A stretch of DNA of 64,000 nt from Leptospira sp. (lineage in GTDB: Bacteria; Spirochaetota; Leptospiria; Leptospirales; Leptospiraceae), in contig JAWXAQ010000033.1 in the NCBI GenBank assembly GCA_034439575.1, positions 64,001 through 128,000 of the forward strand. Reading direction: 5' to 3'. The notes beneath the pieces are model-generated. The model searched no databases. It was not told the origin of the DNA and saw nothing but the letters and a program-made list of their open reading frames with translations. Below are positions 59,860-64,000 of the stretch, piece by piece. A program made the translations under genes and the position numbers. Every line of letters starts with the position of its first letter. The first letter of the stretch is position 1.

Positions 59860-62343
59860 TTATTCGTAATTGAGACTCTCACGAAGACTAATCTTTGCGG
59901 CCTTTAAAAAAGGATAAAAACTCACGATTGTAGCAAGGATTGGCACGAACAGAAGGAAGTATCCAATTTGCTCATATGGATAATGAAAATCTAAAATCCA
60001 TCCAAAGGCATTTCTATTAATCCCATATATAACAATGGGCGAAAGAACTAAGCTATTTCCTACTCCAAGTAATAGCCCAATCAGAATCAAAAATAGACTT
60101 TGAAAAAATAATATCTTATAAAGTTGATATTTACTTAAACCAATGGCACGAAGTGTTGCGATGAGTTTCGATTTTTCTCGAATATTATAAATCAATGATG
60201 TGAGTAGTGCTAATAATGAAATGGCAATGGCACAAATTTTCAATGAGTCTAAAACGGAAAATACAGAATTCATTCCTTCCAAATATAAATCTTTGAGAGC
60301 GTTCTCGTCCAAAATTTTTAACTCTTTAAAATCCTTCTTCAAAATAGAATTTAAAATTATAGACCAATTTTCTTTTGGTATCATGGGATTAAATTTTAAT
60401 CGAATTGAATTCAAATCGGAATGAGAAAAATATTTTTGAAAAACATGATAGCTCATCATAATTGTGCCTCGTTCTGAAAAAAAATGTTCTTTCTCTCCTT
60501 TGATGGAAAAATCCATTTTTCCAAATTTTTCTGTTAATATTTGAAGAGTATCACCTTTGCATTTTTTTTCCAAATAACAATAATTTGACGATACATAAAT
60601 TTCTTTATCATTTGATTCAAATGGATAAACATTTAATGTAAAATAATTTTTATCTATTAGGAACTTAGATTGGATAATAAAAGGTTCTATCTTTTCTAGT
60701 TCATTTCGTTTGGTTAATTCCAATAACAATTGATTCGGCACTCCAGGTAGACCTGAAGATAATTTGTTTGGGTTAATAATAGAATAATCGAATTGACTCT
60801 CTTCGTTTACCCATTTGATAAGAGAATATTTATAGCTTTCAGTTAATGTCGTTAAGGTGATAACTAATGATGAAGATAAAAGAATAGTAGCCGCCGTTAA
60901 TGTATTTTGAATTGGTTCTTTTTGAATTTCTTCCCATGCAATTTTAAAAGTTGGAAAAAAGAAATAACGATCAAAAACTCGTAAGGAAAATCTTACTGTA
61001 GATACCAAAAAATAAGGAAAAATAAGTATAAAACCCAATAATACAAAACCCACACCCGTGAGCCCAGGGATCAAAGATTTTGGTGAAGGGATAAAACCGA
61101 TACCAATTCCGATCAAAGTTAACACAATTCCAAATATTGCAAAATGGAAAAACGAATATGAGTAAAATTTAATATTTGTTTCTTCTAATTCTTTTTCTCT
61201 TACTAAATCTATTGGTTTGATAAAGTAAGATTTTAATGAAGATGTAAGAGCAGAAAAAAGGGAACCAAATATGCCAATGGAAATAGAAAAAAAATAAATT
61301 TGAATGGGTATCTTAGTATAAGTAGAAATTTGTTCGGAATCAGTTAGAGTATTGTTTCCATTAAAAATATTTAACTGTAGTAATGCATATCCAATGACAA
61401 TACCAAGAAGACTTCCCAAAAAACCAAGCAGTAGTGACTGAGATAAAAATAAAAAAAGATTTTGTAATCTATCATTTCCGATACACGATAAGATTCCAAA
61501 TTCTTTTCTTCTCGAAAGATAAATTCCCGAAAAAGTATTCGCAACCATAAAGAAAGAAATCAAAACAGAAACAAGAGAAACAATAGTCAAATTTATTTTT
61601 AAGGAACCTAGAGCTTTTCCGGATCGTTCACGTATATCTTCGATTGATTCCCATTCCCAGCCAAAATCTTTGCCAAGGTTTGTCATATTGTCTTGCATTA
61701 TTGTTGTAAATTGTTCATTCGAAATGTTTTGTATTAATATTTTTTGGATCTGATCCTTTGAATCACATAATCCTTGTAAAATTTGAATATCTGTTAAAAT
61801 AAATTTACCATCACGTTGAATTTTTATTGAATCTTCTTTGAATATGTTTACTTCTTTTTCGCATAGATTGATTTTAACAGATGAATTGAATTTGAATATT
61901 TGATCGAAAAGGGCATTGGTTATAAAATAAGTTGGGACTTTTTTTTTGGTCTTTCCTGATTGAGTATGATTGGTCGTATTTAATAATAAAATATCCTTAC
62001 CTATCAGCGGAAAATGGATTAGAGATAGTTCTGAGTTATTGATAAATGCTTCTTTGGTAAGTATAACATCGATTATAAAGTTCTCTGGAATTAAAAAATA
62101 TAGCTTTTTTAAAATACTAGAATCTCTGGATTCGTTCCCATTCTGGAGAACAAATTGACCTATATAATCATTGTTTGGGTAACCTAATTGAGCATCAATA
62201 AGACTCTCTTCCGCTCTCCATGCATTTGTTTGGGTGGTAAAAAAAAGCGAAATCCCAAAGGCGATGCCCATAAGCGAAAGAAATAATCTCGATTTGTGTT
62301 CTTTGGCATATTTCCATATAAAAAGAAAATAAATGTCTATCAT
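59860..62343 (-). CDS. FtsX/MacB-like ABC permease (duplicated)
   Basis: Two repeats of the TM-periplasmic-TM unit with RRKEFGILSCIG and REKSKLIATLRAIG. Confidence 0.88.
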   Translation of the reverse strand: MIDIYFLFIWKYAKEHKSRLFLSLMGIAFGISLFFTTQTNAWRAEESLIDAQLGYPNNDYIGQFVLQNGNESRDSSILKKLYFLIPENFIIDVILTKEAFINNSELSLIHFPLIGKDILLLNTTNHTQSGKTKKKVPTYFITNALFDQIFKFNSSVKINLCEKEVNIFKEDSIKIQRDGKFILTDIQILQGLCDSKDQIQKILIQNISNEQFTTIMQDNMTNLGKDFGWEWESIEDIRERSGKALGSLKINLTIVSLVSVLISFFMVANTFSGIYLSRRKEFGILSCIGNDRLQNLFLFLSQSLLLGFLGSLLGIVIGYALLQLNIFNGNNTLTDSEQISTYTKIPIQIYFFSISIGIFGSLFSALTSSLKSYFIKPIDLVREKELEETNIKFYSYSFFHFAIFGIVLTLIGIGIGFIPSPKSLIPGLTGVGFVLLGFILIFPYFLVSTVRFSLRVFDRYFFFPTFKIAWEEIQKEPIQNTLTAATILLSSSLVITLTTLTESYKYSLIKWVNEESQFDYSIINPNKLSSGLPGVPNQLLLELTKRNELEKIEPFIIQSKFLIDKNYFTLNVYPFESNDKEIYVSSNYCYLEKKCKGDTLQILTEKFGKMDFSIKGEKEHFFSERGTIMMSYHVFQKYFSHSDLNSIRLKFNPMIPKENWSIILNSILKKDFKELKILDENALKDLYLEGMNSVFSVLDSLKICAIAISLLALLTSLIYNIREKSKLIATLRAIGLSKYQLYKILFFQSLFLILIGLLLGVGNSLVLSPIVIYGINRNAFGWILDFHYPYEQIGYFLLFVPILATIVSFYPFLKAAKISLRESLNYE

Positions 62344-63026
62344 AATTTACTTATATTGCCATCTAACATTGCTAATTGTATGTCACCCATTCTACCAATC
62401 TCAGGATTATGCGTTACCAAAAATACAGTGACTCCAAGTTCCTTAACACAATGTTGAAATAATTGCATAACAATATCAGAAGATACTGAATCTAAATTAC
62501 CTGTTGGTTCATCTGCTAAAATTAATTTTGGTTTGTGTACAAGTGCACGAGCAATAGCCACTCTTTGTTTTTCCCCTCCAGATAACTCCTTTGGAGAAAA
62601 AGTCATTCTATTTTCCATTTTGACAAGTTTAAGTGCTTCCACACCTAATTTTTCGGCATCGCGTCGCTTAACACTATTTAAATACAAAGGAATTATGGTA
62701 TTTTCAAGCGCATTCAAATATGGAAGCAGGTGAAAAAACTGAAATACAATTCCTATTGTATTTCGCCTATATAAAGTTAAATCTTTTTCGTTTTTCTGCG
62801 TTAAATTTTCACCAAATATTTCGATCCTTCCCGTATCAGCTGGTTCAATTGCAGATAAGATATTCAAGAATGTTGATTTTCCACTTCCCGATGGACCCAT
62901 CATAGTAATAAGATGACCTGAAGGGATTTCTAAATTGATCCCTTTTAAAATCGGTATACGTAGTTCTCCTTGGAAATAGGTTTTCGTAAGATTTGAGATT
63001 TTAATTTCTGAATTTTTGTTCTTCAT
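62340..63026 (-). CDS. ABC transporter ATP-binding protein (LolD/MacB-like)
   Basis: GPSGSGKST, LSGGEKQRVAIARAL, LADEPTGNLD and VTH. Confidence 0.95.
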   Translation of the reverse strand: MKNKNSEIKISNLTKTYFQGELRIPILKGINLEIPSGHLITMMGPSGSGKSTFLNILSAIEPADTGRIEIFGENLTQKNEKDLTLYRRNTIGIVFQFFHLLPYLNALENTIIPLYLNSVKRRDAEKLGVEALKLVKMENRMTFSPKELSGGEKQRVAIARALVHKPKLILADEPTGNLDSVSSDIVMQLFQHCVKELGVTVFLVTHNPEIGRMGDIQLAMLDGNISKL

Positions 63027-63049
63027 TTAATTTTAAAATAATTTTAAAA

Positions 63050-63385
63050 ATGCTTTTCAAAACGGAAAATACTTATTTAATTGAATTGGTAGAAAAATTG
63101 GTATTTCGTTTAATCATAATTATAGCGGTTGTACTTTTTTTTGCAGGTAAGTCCAATTTCCCTTCATTCGCAAGTATTGAACCTGGCGAAAGTGAAGTTC
63201 CAGAACTGACCGAATCAAAACCCACACCGAAAGAAGAGTCGAAGTCTGACTTTTTCACCATCATTCCCATTCATTATTCTTATTGTTCCTTTCTTATTAG
63301 TCGATCTTCTGCTGTTAATCGTTCATCTGTTTCTTTCGAAACTTTTTCTTCTCTAACCAATCGCGGGCCCCCGCACAGAACCTAA
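63050..63385 (+). CDS. Putative membrane-targeted leader peptide with C-terminal RGPP arrest-like motif
   Basis: Hydrophobic stretch RLIIIIAVVLFFAG, polar linker, end ...LTNRGPPHRT*; the start may be TTG 63086 or 63098. Confidence 0.65.
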   Translation: MLFKTENTYLIELVEKLVFRLIIIIAVVLFFAGKSNFPSFASIEPGESEVPELTESKPTPKEESKSDFFTIIPIHYSYCSFLISRSSAVNRSSVSFETFSSLTNRGPPHRT

Positions 63386-63420
63386 ACCTTTAAACTTTTT
63401 CTAAATTCTGCAAGGTAGGT

Positions 63421-64000
63421 ATGGTTATGAACCGTAAGTACTCTATATTGAGTTCTATTTTGGTCGGTGCAAGTGCACTGATTCCATTTTTGTATTTTAT
63501 TATTTATGTAAATGATCCATTGGGTGAAAATTTTCCCATATTTCTTGGGCTCAGTTTGCAAGTATATATTGGTTTTTCTGCATTTATGCTTGTACTGTCC
63601 TATGAGACTATTCATGCAAACCGTGTATCTTTAGGTTATGCGATCTTTTGGTCTTCGTTAGGTGTTTGTTATTTGGCGGGCAAATCAGTTTTGTTACCTG
63701 TTGCTCTTGAGATCGCATCCTTTTCTACGATCATTATTTATTCAGGAACAGAATTTGGTAAAAAGCAAATCGAGAGTTTAGGGGCTCTATTATTGGCTTC
63801 TGGGATTTCTGCGCTTTTTCTTTCTGCATGGGTCTTTTTGCCGGAATCCGATCCTAGAGGACTTATATTTTTAACTATTGGATTAATGGTTAAATCAGGA
63901 TTTTCCGGATTTCATATCTGGTTACCTAAAGTCAATGAAGGTGGGCCATCACACGCCTTGGGTTCGTTTGCTGGTGCTCTCGAAATATTCCCACTTTTAT
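63421..64000 (+). CDS. 5' part of a proton-conducting membrane subunit (HyfB/NuoL/MrpD-like), truncated by the window end
   Basis: Open frame from ATG 63421 to the edge, read by hand (not in the ORF track); multi-TM; LEIAS and GLMVKSGFSGFHIWLPKVNEGGPSH match the antiporter-like K.G..P.H.WLP motif; SD AAGGTAGGT. Confidence 0.85.
   Translation, partial: MVMNRKYSILSSILVGASALIPFLYFIIYVNDPLGENFPIFLGLSLQVYIGFSAFMLVLSYETIHANRVSLGYAIFWSSLGVCYLAGKSVLLPVALEIASFSTIIIYSGTEFGKKQIESLGALLLASGISALFLSAWVFLPESDPRGLIFLTIGLMVKSGFSGFHIWLPKVNEGGPSHALGSFAGALEIFPLL

Noticed and set aside
63382-63615. 77-aa minus-strand ORF
   Set aside because: Antisense to the better-supported plus-strand membrane-subunit gene starting at 63421.

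Overview
64-kb AT-rich, gene-dense chromosomal segment that reads as Leptospira, most likely a saprophytic or environmental species. This rests on Leptospira-type RecA, PerRA, ank-katE, 7TMR-DISM/SpoIIE and many lipoproteins; the species was not determined. No rRNA, tRNA, CRISPR array, prophage or transposase was recognised. Housekeeping genes include speD, a Lys/Arg/Orn decarboxylase, clpB, recA, xerC, argF and pyrE, alongside LPS/glycan enzymes, signalling proteins and many oxidative-stress genes (perR-ank-katE, ccp, truncated globin). The strongest lead is at the right edge: a small membrane-targeted leader ORF ending in an RGPP ribosome-arrest-like motif. Its last codons base-pair with the Shine-Dalgarno sequence of a downstream HyfB/NuoL-like gene missing from the ORF track, which suggests a SecM/MifM-style translational switch on a respiratory-type membrane complex. 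Other leads are a candidate PerR operator shared by the perR/ank-katE and ccp promoters, a recA leader with mutually exclusive helices, a CIRCE at clpB, a sigma-54 promoter at a PilZ gene, and a frameshifted surface-protein pseudogene. All calls were made by eye, with no database search or folding computation.
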